This document shows positions 12,273 through 23,034 of a stretch of 64,000 bases of DNA, piece by piece. Numbering within the stretch: the stretch's first letter is position 1; every line of letters starts with the position of its first letter. Under the pieces are notes generated by a model. It was given only the letters and a program-made list of their open reading frames with translations, searched no databases and had not been told where the DNA came from. The stretch is from a bacterium. GTDB taxonomy: Bacteria; Zhuqueibacterota; Zhuqueibacteria; Residuimicrobiales; Krinioviventaceae. The stretch spans positions 2,432,001 through 2,496,000 of the forward strand of contig OY843751.1 of the NCBI GenBank assembly GCA_963693055.1. The letters run 5' to 3'. The translations under genes and the position numbers were made by a program.

Positions 12273-14360
12273 ATGAAAACCAGAATTATTGGATTGGTTA
12301 TATTATTTATATGTTTATCTGCTGTCAATTCATACAGTCAAATGAAACACCATCAGATAGGGCGCTTGTGGCAAACCATGTTTGAGGTGGGTACCAGGCC
12401 AAATTATTCACCCTTGTATACGGCAATGAATTATCCCGGTGGCGATTTTTATCTGGGTACTCGAAAAAATATGGACCGTACCGGCCTTTGGATTGGTGTT
12501 AAAGAATGGACAAATAAATTCAACGAATATCAGCCCTATTATGTATCAGAGGGCGGGTATATGAATAATGAAGCTACCGGAGTGGTGTTTCCCATTTATA
12601 ATAAAAAGTATGTGCGCCAGCGCCTGCCGCTTGTATCAATCAATGGTACAGCTGAAAAACGTTATTCGGATTCACGAGACAGTAGCACCAGACGTTCTTC
12701 ACTGGATTCTGATGAGCAAATCGTTACAAAATGGGCTACTGATGTGGGTATTGAAGTCACACGTACCAGTTATGCTTTTGCAAATCCAAGGCACGACAGT
12801 TATATCATTCAGGAATATGTATTTAAAAATACCGGCAATGCAGATAAAGAGGAAAATACAGTTGAATTGCCTAATCAGGTTTTAAAAGATGTATATTTTG
12901 GGTTTTGGAGAACATTTATTCCATCATTGGACGTGGGCCACCAGCAAATGGGTGGCAAACATGATGAATGGTGCCATTATTACGGCAACCAGCCCGGAGA
13001 TTCTCTACGTGGATTCTGGTACGTTTACGATGGTGACAACAATTACAAAATTTTTGATGATACCGGAGATCCGTCTGAATTGAATGGTGAATTTCTGTCT
13101 CCGCAATATCCCTCTTTTGGAGTGCTTTATGCTGACACGGATTACATGACCGAGATTGATGATCCCAATCAGCCGGCAACTGTCAATTTCTGGCCTTATA
13201 GTCAGGTCAATTCTCATGTGAGTGGTGATCCTGATGCTACGCTTTATTCTGATCTTAGCAGCGGTGTTCAGAGTATGGGATCAGACACCCGCGAATTCGG
13301 CAGCCCTGTCGATCCGCAAATTCAACAGCCCCAATTGCTCATGTCATTTGGTCCTTATGAAATCCCTTTTGGCGAAGACATTCGAATTGTTATGTTTGAA
13401 GCTGTTGGAAGTGTGTCACGAAAACAGGCTATGCAAAAAGGCCGTGATTGGTTCGCTGGTAAATTAGAGTTGAATGGTTTGACAGGTGATGATGCAAAGA
13501 ATGCCTTTGTTGCGACAGGCAAAGATTCTTTACACGAAATTGCCAGGCGTGCAGAATGGACGTGGCAAAATGGTATTGAAGCAGTACCTGATGGTCCGGA
13601 ATCTCCCAGTTTAAATATTTCAGCCGGTCCGGCAAAAGTAGAATTGGAATGGTATTATAACACTGATGATTCTTTACCTCCCAAACCGGATGTGGACACA
13701 GGTGAATATGATTTTTCCGGATACCGCGTGTTTCGGGCTGCTGATGACTATAATAATGAATATTACAAGATTTGGGAATGCGGTGGAAATTCGGGAATTG
13801 ATGTTACCAACAAATATACAGACCGAGATGTAGAACGCGGTCAAAGTTATTATTATTATGTAACTGCCTATGATGACGGTTCGCAAAATACCAGCGGACT
13901 GGTTCCCGGTGAATCTGTTGAATCCAGCCATTTCAGTAACCGGAATTTTATCTATGCCGGTGTGCCTTATGCAGGGGCCAGACCCCAACTGGATTCCGTA
14001 TTTGTTGTTCCCAATCCGTTTCATTTTCAGGGGCTTGCATTCGGTGGTACCTGGGATGCTGATTACAAGTTTGATCCCAATACCGGTGGCCGCCCTGAAG
14101 ACAAGCTGTTATTTGTTGGATTACCGGCCAAAGCCACAATTAGGATTTTTACAGGCAGTGGTAATTTGATTAAAACACTTGAACACCCGAATCCTTATAA
14201 CGCTCAATCTGTTTCAGAGTCTGCTGATGAAATGTGGCTGCAGATAACTGATGAATGGCAAACGATCAAAAGTGGTGTTTACTTTTTTCATGTTGAAGGA
14301 TGGGACCAGCAAGGCAATTATATTGGTGAAACCATGGGCAAGTTTATCATTATACGCTAA
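12273..14360 (+). CDS. Secreted TBDR-associated protein with Fn3-like domain and T9SS-like C-terminal domain
   Basis: Signal peptide; Fn3-like VELEW...FSGYRVFR...YTDRDVERGQSYYYYVTAYD; C-terminus VVPNPF...GLPAKATIRIFT...SGVYFFHVE...GKFIIIR. Confidence 0.75.
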   Translation: MKTRIIGLVILFICLSAVNSYSQMKHHQIGRLWQTMFEVGTRPNYSPLYTAMNYPGGDFYLGTRKNMDRTGLWIGVKEWTNKFNEYQPYYVSEGGYMNNEATGVVFPIYNKKYVRQRLPLVSINGTAEKRYSDSRDSSTRRSSLDSDEQIVTKWATDVGIEVTRTSYAFANPRHDSYIIQEYVFKNTGNADKEENTVELPNQVLKDVYFGFWRTFIPSLDVGHQQMGGKHDEWCHYYGNQPGDSLRGFWYVYDGDNNYKIFDDTGDPSELNGEFLSPQYPSFGVLYADTDYMTEIDDPNQPATVNFWPYSQVNSHVSGDPDATLYSDLSSGVQSMGSDTREFGSPVDPQIQQPQLLMSFGPYEIPFGEDIRIVMFEAVGSVSRKQAMQKGRDWFAGKLELNGLTGDDAKNAFVATGKDSLHEIARRAEWTWQNGIEAVPDGPESPSLNISAGPAKVELEWYYNTDDSLPPKPDVDTGEYDFSGYRVFRAADDYNNEYYKIWECGGNSGIDVTNKYTDRDVERGQSYYYYVTAYDDGSQNTSGLVPGESVESSHFSNRNFIYAGVPYAGARPQLDSVFVVPNPFHFQGLAFGGTWDADYKFDPNTGGRPEDKLLFVGLPAKATIRIFTGSGNLIKTLEHPNPYNAQSVSESADEMWLQITDEWQTIKSGVYFFHVEGWDQQGNYIGETMGKFIIIR

Positions 14361-14372
14361 CTGGAGTGTTTT

Positions 14373-15410
14373 ATGAAAACCGGTTTTAAAATTGTTTTTA
14401 TTTTTTACATTTTGCTAAATGCTATAACCTGTTTGTATGCCGGGCAAAAAAATGCGGGACAAAGTGGAATGACATATTTGGCAATCAGCATGTGTTCCAG
14501 AGAAAATGCAATGGGAGATGCCGGTACGGCCAGTGTTAAAGGAATTAACGGGTTGTGGCATAATCCTTCTGTTATTGCTGATATTGCCAATTTTGCTGTT
14601 TCTCTTAATCAGGTTGACTGGTTGATTGATACTTATGTTTCGGGTGTTGCTGCTGCTTATGGATTGGGAAACTGGGGTACGGTTGCACTGGATGTAACTT
14701 ATATGGATTGGGGGGATATTATTGGAACAAAACCTGTTGACAGATCTGTTGATCCCAGAGGGTTTCAGATTACCGGCAATATTGAAGTTGAAGATTATGC
14801 CCTGGGTGTTGCCTATGCAAGAAGAATCAACAACAAGTTTGCAATGGGTGTTAAAATAAAACGAGTACATGAAAATCTGGGTAATGCACTATATGTTACC
14901 AGTGAGATTGGTGAGAACGAGGATGGTGATATTGAATATGAAAGAGGCTCGAAAGAATGGGAGTTGAATAACTGGGGTTTTGATTTTGGTACTATCTATG
15001 ACACGGGCTTTAAAGGCCTCTTGTTTGCAATGACTTTGCAGAATTTTTCTCGTGATATGAAATATTATTATGATGAATTTCAACTTCCCATGACTTTAAA
15101 AATGGGACTGGCAATGAAGATCTCTGATATTTTTTTCCCAAACAGTAAGCAATTTTGTGTCAACGCTGCCATAGATGCAAGTACACCCAATGATTATTCT
15201 GAAAGAGTAAATATTGGTTCTGAACTGGTTTACCTTGATCGTTTCGCATTACGCGGTGGATACAAGTTTAATAATGATGTAGAATCCATGACAATGGGCT
15301 TTGGTTTGAATTTTGATTTTTCAGGCGTGAATGCAAGTATAGATTATGCCTATTCAAGTGCAAACTATTTTCAGGATATTAACAGGTTTTCACTCAATTT
15401 TAATTTCTAG
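14373..15410 (+). CDS. PorV/PorQ-like (UPF0164) outer-membrane beta-barrel protein
   Basis: YLAI..CSRENAMGDA...LWHNPS N-terminal motif; FALRGGY; IDYAY; terminal Phe. Confidence 0.8.
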   Translation: MKTGFKIVFIFYILLNAITCLYAGQKNAGQSGMTYLAISMCSRENAMGDAGTASVKGINGLWHNPSVIADIANFAVSLNQVDWLIDTYVSGVAAAYGLGNWGTVALDVTYMDWGDIIGTKPVDRSVDPRGFQITGNIEVEDYALGVAYARRINNKFAMGVKIKRVHENLGNALYVTSEIGENEDGDIEYERGSKEWELNNWGFDFGTIYDTGFKGLLFAMTLQNFSRDMKYYYDEFQLPMTLKMGLAMKISDIFFPNSKQFCVNAAIDASTPNDYSERVNIGSELVYLDRFALRGGYKFNNDVESMTMGFGLNFDFSGVNASIDYAYSSANYFQDINRFSLNFNF

Positions 15411-15423
15411 GTTGTAAGGATGA

Positions 15424-17015
15424 ATGTTAAATAGAAAAATCCGTCTTACTTTGAAAACATTATTGGTACTTTTTTTTTTACTGCCTGTTCAACTCACTCT
15501 GTAGATCAATTTATATCAATACATGGTAATCGATTTGTCGATTACAAGGGGAACCAGATAATTTTTCATGGAATAAATCTGGTGAACAAGGATAAATCAG
15601 TCAACTATTTAGGAACTGAAGCTGAACATGATTTCCAAATAATGAAATCATGGGGCTTGAATTGTATCAGGTTAGGAATTATTTAGGATGGTTTGGAACC
15701 ACAACCCAGTGTGTATGATGATAAATATCTAGAGGGAATTGACCAACGCATTGCATGGGCAAAACAAAATGGAATGTATGTCATTTTAAATAAGCACCAG
15801 AATTTGTTCAGTGTAAAATTTTCAGATGGTGCGCCTGAATGGGCTACTTTAACTGATAGTAAAGAACACATCCATAATAGTCCTGTATGGAGCGATGCTT
15901 ATAATACCAGCTCTGCTGTACAAACCGCGTTTGATAATTTTTGGAATAATACGCCTGAATCTGATGGTACGGGAATTCAAGACCATTATGCAAAAGCCTG
16001 GCAATATGTTGCCAAACGGTATGCAAACGAAACATCTGTTGTCGGATATGATATTATGAATGAACCGTTTATCGGTTCAAAAATAAACGAAATACAACCG
16101 CTTCTGTTTTTTGAAGGAGCAAAGATTTTTGCTGAACAAGATTCTAAGGAGCATGCTTCCGTTTATAAACTTTAACAAATGTGGATGACAGAGGAGGGAC
16201 GTTATAAAATTTTGCAGCATTTGGCTAATCCCTATGTTTATTCACGTGTAATAGCTCGCACTGAATCCGGTTATCAGGAATTTGAGAAACATACACTGGC
16301 ATCTATGTTTCAAAGAGTTGCCAATGCTATATGCAAAGTAGATCAGAGTCATATTTTGTTTCTAGAGACAACAATTGCTTCCAATATGGGAGTTCGATCT
16401 GGTCTTGAACCCCTTGCGGATGCTTTGGGCAACCGCGATCCATTACAGGCATATGCTCCACATGGATATGACCTTGTAACGGACACAAAATTGGTAGCGC
16501 TTGCAAGCAATGACCGGCTGGATTTGATCTTTGACAGACACTTTGAAGCCTCAAAACGACTACAAATGCCCATGTATGTGGGTGAGTGGGGGGCCTATTA
16601 CATGAATGCAAATGCAAAAACAACAACAATGCATGTTGCCGGATTGTTTGAAAAAATGTTGTGTAGCGACACCTATTGGAGTTATAATAATAATTTACCC
16701 AAGGCTGATTTTTTTGAAGCAATCAGCAGGATTTATCCTGTTCATGTTCCGGGAGTATTACTGTTTTATTCTATTGATCCCGAAACAAATATATTTCATT
16801 GTCGCTGGCTAGACGATACTGATATCAGCGGATCACTCAAGAGATACATCCCATCACGATATATGGTTTCACTTGATCAAATTGAATGCATACCTGACAA
16901 TATGAATATCAGGTTAGAGATAAAAGAGGGCAGTGAAAGCAATTACATTATTGCAAAACCTGCCCGGGATTATTCGGATATTTGTACTATAACATTTCGA
17001 CTTTATACAAAATAA
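15424..17015 (+). pseudogene. Disrupted GH5 endoglycoceramidase-like glycoside hydrolase lipoprotein
   Basis: Reconstructed from ATG 15424 (MLNRKIRLTLKTLLVLFF), with a frameshift in a T10 run (15470-15479) into the frame giving lipobox FTAC and FVD..G..IIFHGINLV. In-frame TAG at 15684 (RLGII*DGLEP, normally W) and TAA at 16173. GYDIMNEP and VGEWG catalytic motifs are retained. Confidence 0.85.
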
Positions 17016-17025
17016 TTGTTGGTTA

Positions 17026-17832
17026 TTATTTTTCCAAAAACTTGATCAAACCTTCAGGATCGTCTGTCTGAATACCATCCGTACCCCAATCCAGTGCTTG
17101 CTGCCAGCATGAGGAATCACTTTCATCAACAATAACAATAGCACCGGCCTTGTGACATGCATCCAAAAATGTTTTTGAATAATATTTCCATACCGATGCA
17201 ACCACATAAGGTTTTAATTCAGTAAGCAGTGTATTCAGGTTCTTTTCAGGGCCCGGATCAGGCATAATAATGCATTCAGAACATAATTTTTTGACTTGTT
17301 TTAGCTCTTGAGGATCAGCATACCACACAATATCCTTTTCCATGTCCCATTTTTTAATTACCGATAGAGTTTGATTAATATCTGCGTTTTTAAAATCCAG
17401 ATATATGCCTATTTTACCTTTACACAATTCCAATATCTCATCAAAAGTAGGAATTCTCTCATTCGTCCATTTCGCATCAATGCGACTCCCAACATCCATA
17501 GCTTTCAATTCTTCAAGCGTAAACTCGGATACTAATCCTGTAGTACCGTCTGTTACATATGCATCGATTTTACTATTATGAACACTAACCAAAGCACTGT
17601 CACGGGTTGTTCGAAGATCAATTTCAACAAAGTCAGCACCCAGATCAATAGCTTTTTGGTAGGCCGCCAGCGTATTCTCCGGAATTCCTATATGAGCTCC
17701 CCGATGAGCAACCACATATACTTTACCATTTTGGGGTGGCTTTAGAAACGTTTCTGATTGGTTTTTACAGCCCAATACTACCATTGTTGCAACTAGAATT
17801 ATTAGAAATTTAATTCGGTTCATCAGTTTCAT
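17026..17832 (-). CDS. Glycerophosphodiester phosphodiesterase (GDPD) family lipoprotein
   Basis: VVAHRG...PENTLAAYQKAI..GADFVEIDLRTTRD...IPTFDE...DGIQTDDP; lipobox VLGC. Confidence 0.9.
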   Translation of the reverse strand: MKLMNRIKFLIILVATMVVLGCKNQSETFLKPPQNGKVYVVAHRGAHIGIPENTLAAYQKAIDLGADFVEIDLRTTRDSALVSVHNSKIDAYVTDGTTGLVSEFTLEELKAMDVGSRIDAKWTNERIPTFDEILELCKGKIGIYLDFKNADINQTLSVIKKWDMEKDIVWYADPQELKQVKKLCSECIIMPDPGPEKNLNTLLTELKPYVVASVWKYYSKTFLDACHKAGAIVIVDESDSSCWQQALDWGTDGIQTDDPEGLIKFLEK

Positions 17833-19784
17833 TCCTTATATTGATAAGCGTTAAATGGGATCATTGTCCAGTTTCCGTCCTTAAACTTGTACCATAATCT
17901 TAGCCGTTCATTACCATTCTGGTTCATATATTCAAATTTTATCTTGTGATATCCTTTTTGTAACCCCAAAAAGCCTAAATTACTATTCTGATTTTTGGGG
18001 ATATCATCATCAATAACCAGTTCATCATCAATATAAACTTTGACAGCGTCATCTCCTCTGGAACGAAACTGGTACAATCCATCTTGCGGTATTTTAAAAA
18101 ATCCATCATAGACAATACCGAAATTCTCCTCACGCCATTGAGGGCCATCCGTCCAGAAAAGATCAGTCTTCCAGAATTCTTTAACAACGCCAGATGATTT
18201 TGGAACGAGTTTTTCAAAAAACGGTAATTTAGTCCATTCACCCTCATAGTATCTATATCTCAGGCCTTGTTTAAATGCTTTATTTTTTGTACTGTTTTTT
18301 AAATTTATTTTAATAAAATCAACTGGTGCCAAGGATGCGAATTGGTTATTGTCGTTATAAAGACTTGCTTGTACAGTTGAATTTTGTTTAACAACCAACG
18401 AGTCCTTGAATTTAATATCCGGTATTGAATTATCCAAAGAAAATCCAGAGTGCAGATCGTGAAAAGGCATATCCATATATACTATTACAGAGTCAACAAA
18501 TGCATAGAGTTTGGGGTTCAGGTAATCCTGATTTATCTTGGGGCTTATGGGGAGATCAAATTGCCCATGCTGTTCAAAATCCTGATTGTTGCTGTAACTT
18601 AATTCCCAATCAAATTGCAACAGGTCAAGATCTTTGTATGCAGTCATTTGATTAGCATGAATTTCTGATTGGATGACTGTATCTGTCTTTGCCGGCAGAA
18701 CGAGATTGATATGAGCATTTGTAATATCAACCTGATGATGATGATAAAATTTCATTTCAATATTCAAAGCTTCAGCAGCATCATTCTTGAAATATAAATA
18801 CAAGCTGCCATTTTTAAATTCATTCCCTTTATTGCACAATACCAGATTTTCGAATGATGTATTCTCAAGTAACGAGGCTGCCATCTTGCGAGTTTGTTTA
18901 TTGCTTACATCATGTGGATGAATCCCATCAAGCTGCAGATTGGAAAATACTGGCCCATCATCTGTTACTGTCACCCAGGAGATGTGATCAAACTCACCAA
19001 AATGGGGTCCACGTAAACGGCTACCCCCGCCGGCAGTCGCTAAAATATAATAGTTGTTATTGTTTCTCTCATTATGAAAATACCGATGTTCATGACCCGC
19101 AAAGACAGTATATTGCCGGTTATGTAATACGTCTTCAATTTCCTGAAAACGGTTTTGTGTATCATATTTCCAGACAGGGTGGTGCATGAATAAAAATGTC
19201 CACCGTACGTTTTGATTTTCCTTTAACGTTTCTATTACGAATTCTTTTTGTTGATTTGTTATTGAATAGTCCTTGTCATCATTACTATCCAAAGTGATAA
19301 ATAATACGTCTTTGTATACAAAAGAATAGTATCTTTTGCCATAACGTTTTTCCCATTCTTTTTGCATTACTTTGTTGGTAATATCGTGATTACCTGGTAA
19401 ATAAAAGAAAGGGACGTTGAGATTTTCAACAATTGAATTGAACTCTTTCCATTCTTTGTCAATAAGCAGAGAATCCTGTGTATAACCGGGGATTAAATCA
19501 CCCACACTCATTACAAATTCAGGCATAAGCATATTAATTTTATCTACAGCTTTGGGGAAAATACCTTTTCTTAAACCACCGGTACGATCACTGACAATAA
19601 CAAATTGAAAATTCTGAGGATCATTATAGAATTTTAAATTCGTCCAGGGTTTTGCCTCAGAGTCAACCGTACTTTTAAAAGCATTGTCTTTTTTACAAAA
19701 TGCATATCCGGCTGTAAATAAATAAAGAGCAATTATCCATATCACTGATAACCGATTATGTTTATTTCTCAATCTTGAATTCAT
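17829..19784 (-). CDS. Secreted calcineurin-like metallophosphoesterase with C-terminal PA14 domain
   Basis: SDRTGG, VGDLI, PGNHD, MHHP, GHEH metal motifs; PA14-like GLRYRYYEG...FGIVYDGF...YQF...GDD. Start moved to ATG 19784 (RBS GGAGA). Confidence 0.85.
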   Translation of the reverse strand: MNSRLRNKHNRLSVIWIIALYLFTAGYAFCKKDNAFKSTVDSEAKPWTNLKFYNDPQNFQFVIVSDRTGGLRKGIFPKAVDKINMLMPEFVMSVGDLIPGYTQDSLLIDKEWKEFNSIVENLNVPFFYLPGNHDITNKVMQKEWEKRYGKRYYSFVYKDVLFITLDSNDDKDYSITNQQKEFVIETLKENQNVRWTFLFMHHPVWKYDTQNRFQEIEDVLHNRQYTVFAGHEHRYFHNERNNNNYYILATAGGGSRLRGPHFGEFDHISWVTVTDDGPVFSNLQLDGIHPHDVSNKQTRKMAASLLENTSFENLVLCNKGNEFKNGSLYLYFKNDAAEALNIEMKFYHHHQVDITNAHINLVLPAKTDTVIQSEIHANQMTAYKDLDLLQFDWELSYSNNQDFEQHGQFDLPISPKINQDYLNPKLYAFVDSVIVYMDMPFHDLHSGFSLDNSIPDIKFKDSLVVKQNSTVQASLYNDNNQFASLAPVDFIKINLKNSTKNKAFKQGLRYRYYEGEWTKLPFFEKLVPKSSGVVKEFWKTDLFWTDGPQWREENFGIVYDGFFKIPQDGLYQFRSRGDDAVKVYIDDELVIDDDIPKNQNSNLGFLGLQKGYHKIKFEYMNQNGNERLRLWYKFKDGNWTMIPFNAYQYKE

Positions 19785-21525
19785 CTTTAATATCTCCGGC
19801 AAGATTGTAGGTTTTATATTCGAGTGTGTTCTTGTTTACATCAAGCGATAAATACAAAGGTTCACCTCCAAATCGTACATCGACAAACTCTCTGGCAGGC
19901 ATTTCACGGTCCCCGTTCGGAACGGATATGGATATTACATATATAGTTCCATCAGCAGGAGATTTAACCGGTTTTTGGTTATACATGGGTTTAGAACGCA
20001 TGTAATAATGTACGTGTCCTGAAAAAACCATATCTACATGATATTTGTCAAACATATCACCCCATTGCTTGCGAATTACCGGATAATCCTCTTCATAGCT
20101 GTAGGGAGGGAAATGGAAAAATACAAATTTCCAGGTTTTATCAGAATTAGCCAATGTGTTTTCAAGCCATTGTGTTTGATCTTTTATAGGGGCCGTTGCA
20201 TCTAACATCACAAAAAGCGCGTTGCTGTATTCAAAGCTATATACTCTTTCTTTTTCTATAAAGTCAGGACCGTTTTTAGGATATTCAAACTGGTCCAGAT
20301 ATAGTTGTGCGCCCAGACCATCCTGATTATCATGATTGCCCAGAGTTGTCATCATGGGACGTTGTTTTAATACATCCTGGCCATATTTAAACCAATGATC
20401 CCAATCATCCCTATACAGTCCCGTACTGACAACATCTCCACCGATTGTAAAAAAGGAGGTAGAGGGATGTTGCTTAAAGGCTGTATTGATCAATTGTCCC
20501 CAATGGGGTGATCTGTGTGTATCTCCAAAATAAACAAATGAAAAAGGTTCATCATCTTTGGGACCGGTTACAAATTCCGAGGTATCACTCCATGTTTGAT
20601 TATAACCTACAGTATAATTGTATGTTGTATTGGGTTCAAGCTCGACTAGTTTTGCATGAAAACGATGTGTGTATCTATCATTTTTAAGCAATCTGTTTTC
20701 AATTAATGTTTTTTCTGCAACGCTGGTTTTCATATCTTGTTTTTTTTGCCAGTAACGGACCTGACCCTGGTTAACCTTGGAGTTGGTTCTCCATTGTATG
20801 TTCATGGTGGTTGATGGATCATCGCTCCAGGTCAGAGATATCTGATCAGGATACTCGGAAGAAGGAAAGGGTGTGTTTCTGAATGCATTGATAAGGTGGG
20901 CTTCTCTTGCTCTTCCTCGTATTGTGGTAAGCAGTTGATTGCCAATCAATGATTCTGGCACCTGTGTTAATACCAGTTCATCCCAATCATGATATGTGAA
21001 CGCTCCCGGTTGCATAATTTCAATATGTTGGTTCGATGGAAAGAAATTGCTTAACTCGAGCTTGTCTGCTTTATTCTTTGGACCAACGGAAACAAAGTAA
21101 ACCGGACGGTGTTTGTCGAATCCATTAATCCCCAATTCCACACGCCCTGCAGGAAATTCTTTTTGCCATACTGAATATGTGTTTAATTCATTTTTTACAA
21201 TCATATCCGTTTTGCTGAACCCAGATGGTTCGAGCCAAAAGGGAGGTTGCTGCTGATTCTGGTGTTGCATGATTGAAACAGTCACAGGCACATTTACATC
21301 AAAATACCAATATTTTTTTGCAAGTATATCTTTTTCTTCTTTTGTAATATTGTTCATGATAAAATCATGATTAATAGATTCAAGTTCCCCGTCCGTTAAA
21401 TTTGCATACATTCGTGTAACAATATTGTCCATTGTAGATTTAACAGTTGGCGTTGAATGTGTTACACACCCAAGAAAAAATAAAAATATTATACCCAAAA
21501 CTATGATGCTTTTTTTGTTTTTCAT
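19762..21525 (-). CDS. Purple acid phosphatase-like metallophosphoesterase lipoprotein (Fn3-like + Metallophos)
   Basis: Lipobox FLGC; PDQISLTW...MNIQWRT...LEPNTTYNYTVG; GDTH, GGDVV, GNHD, FHFPPY, GHVHYY. Confidence 0.88.
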   Translation of the reverse strand: MKNKKSIIVLGIIFLFFLGCVTHSTPTVKSTMDNIVTRMYANLTDGELESINHDFIMNNITKEEKDILAKKYWYFDVNVPVTVSIMQHQNQQQPPFWLEPSGFSKTDMIVKNELNTYSVWQKEFPAGRVELGINGFDKHRPVYFVSVGPKNKADKLELSNFFPSNQHIEIMQPGAFTYHDWDELVLTQVPESLIGNQLLTTIRGRAREAHLINAFRNTPFPSSEYPDQISLTWSDDPSTTMNIQWRTNSKVNQGQVRYWQKKQDMKTSVAEKTLIENRLLKNDRYTHRFHAKLVELEPNTTYNYTVGYNQTWSDTSEFVTGPKDDEPFSFVYFGDTHRSPHWGQLINTAFKQHPSTSFFTIGGDVVSTGLYRDDWDHWFKYGQDVLKQRPMMTTLGNHDNQDGLGAQLYLDQFEYPKNGPDFIEKERVYSFEYSNALFVMLDATAPIKDQTQWLENTLANSDKTWKFVFFHFPPYSYEEDYPVIRKQWGDMFDKYHVDMVFSGHVHYYMRSKPMYNQKPVKSPADGTIYVISISVPNGDREMPAREFVDVRFGGEPLYLSLDVNKNTLEYKTYNLAGDIKDEFKIEK

Positions 21526-21717
21526 CAGATCTCCATATGTGATTTGTTAAATTTAAGCATTTTGATTAACACTCTTTTACAATTGAAAATTCATGTTAGG
21601 GAAAGAGTTTATTGAAAATAATGAAAAAATTATAAAATTGCAGCTTATTGCAAAAAAAAATGTAAATTTTGTCATTTTTTTCTTTGATTTGTTTGAAAAT
21701 GGAATATATTTATAAAA

Positions 21718-21729
21718 ACAAACGTTTGC
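21718..21729. promoter_or_regulatory. LacI-family operator candidate 1
   Basis: aCAAACGTTTGc, with a perfect 10-bp palindrome and central CG, in the divergent intergenic region. Confidence 0.65.
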
Positions 21730-21918
21730 CTTTTTAAGGTTCAGATATTGTAAAAGAATGTAAAAATTAGATTTATTTGTTTTTAAAATACGAAAAATGG
21801 CACAAAAAATAAATAAAAAAACAAGTTTTGGTTTGAATTGCTGTTAATTTATATGAAAAATATTTAAAATCTGCTTAATAATTTCTTAATCATGCATGTT
21901 TACATTTAATTATAAAAT

Positions 21919-21930
21919 GCAAACGATTGC
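21919..21930. promoter_or_regulatory. LacI-family operator candidate 2
   Basis: GCAAACGATTGC, one mismatch from the palindrome GCAAACGTTTGC, just upstream of the lacI-like RBS. Confidence 0.65.
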
Positions 21931-21945
21931 CCCTTAAGGAACCTT

Positions 21946-22959
21946 ATGGCAACACTTAAAGATGTAGCAAAATTAGCCAAAGTCCACCCGTCAACAGTTT
22001 CTCGTGTATTACGTGATATTGATAGTTTATCAATAACTACCAAAACACGTGAACGAATCCTTAATGCAGTAGAAGAATTGAAATATCGACCAGATCAGAT
22101 GGCCCGGGCATTAAAGATGGGTAAAAGTTTTTCAATCGGTCTGATCATACCAGATATATCAAATCCATTTTTTGCAGAACTTGTCAAAATTATAGAAAAT
22201 GAATGTACCAAGGCTGGCTTTATTCTTCTTGTTTCCATTTCTAATGAAGATCAGGAAAAAGAGATTCAGCATGTTAACAATTTGTTAGGCAGAGGTATAG
22301 ATGGATTAATTCTGGCTCCAGTGCAGAATAGTTATAATCATATTTTAGAATTAAAAAGCAAGAACTTTCCTTTTTTGTTGATCGATCGGTATTTTGAAAC
22401 ATTTGAAACCAATGCAATAATTAGTGACAATGAAGAATCAGCATTCAAGGCTGTTCAATATCTTGTTAAGCTCGGACACAATCGTATTGGTTTTATCAGT
22501 GGTCGTCCAGAAATTTATACAATTCGGAAAAGGTTGGAGGGATTTAAAAAAGCTCTCAAAGAATTCAATTTAGAAGATAATAAAGAATTTATGTGGGGGG
22601 CTGGCCATACTTTTCAGGATGGGTACGAAGCAACACAAAATTTGCTGGCTTTAAATAAACCGCCAACAGCCTTGTTGATATCTGGCAACCTCATAACTTT
22701 AGGCGCTTACAAAGCTTTGTTGGAAAAAGGATTGCATATACCGAATGATATCTCTATAATAGCATTTTCTGATAATGTTATTTCTCAATATTTGTCTACA
22801 CCTTTAACAACAATTTCACACCCCCTTGAAGAAATGGGTAAACGTGCATTTCAATTATTGTTTCAGAACATAAATACCGAAGTAAGGAATTCTTATACTA
22901 AAATTACGGTTTGTACTAATTTCATCATAAGAGAATCAACAGGTAAAAGAACAAGTTGA
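21946..22959 (+). CDS. LacI-family transcriptional regulator
   Basis: ATLKDVAKLAKVHPSTVSRVL HTH; YRPDQMARALK hinge; IGLIIPDISNPFF; IPNDISIIAF; LTTI. Confidence 0.95.
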   Translation: MATLKDVAKLAKVHPSTVSRVLRDIDSLSITTKTRERILNAVEELKYRPDQMARALKMGKSFSIGLIIPDISNPFFAELVKIIENECTKAGFILLVSISNEDQEKEIQHVNNLLGRGIDGLILAPVQNSYNHILELKSKNFPFLLIDRYFETFETNAIISDNEESAFKAVQYLVKLGHNRIGFISGRPEIYTIRKRLEGFKKALKEFNLEDNKEFMWGAGHTFQDGYEATQNLLALNKPPTALLISGNLITLGAYKALLEKGLHIPNDISIIAFSDNVISQYLSTPLTTISHPLEEMGKRAFQLLFQNINTEVRNSYTKITVCTNFIIRESTGKRTS

Positions 22960-23034
22960 GTTTTAATATAGTAATTAGATAAAAATAATAATATATAATC
23001 AAATGAGATGTATTTCTTGCTCTTGGAGAAAATT

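Noticed and set aside
15684-16175. Stop-codon readthrough (Sec, Pyl or alternative code) in the GH5 gene, prompted by the nearby tRNA-Sec
   Set aside because: The stops are TAG and TAA, not TGA; there is also a frameshift; TAG and TAA end normal genes in this window (e.g. 12258, 15410, 14360).
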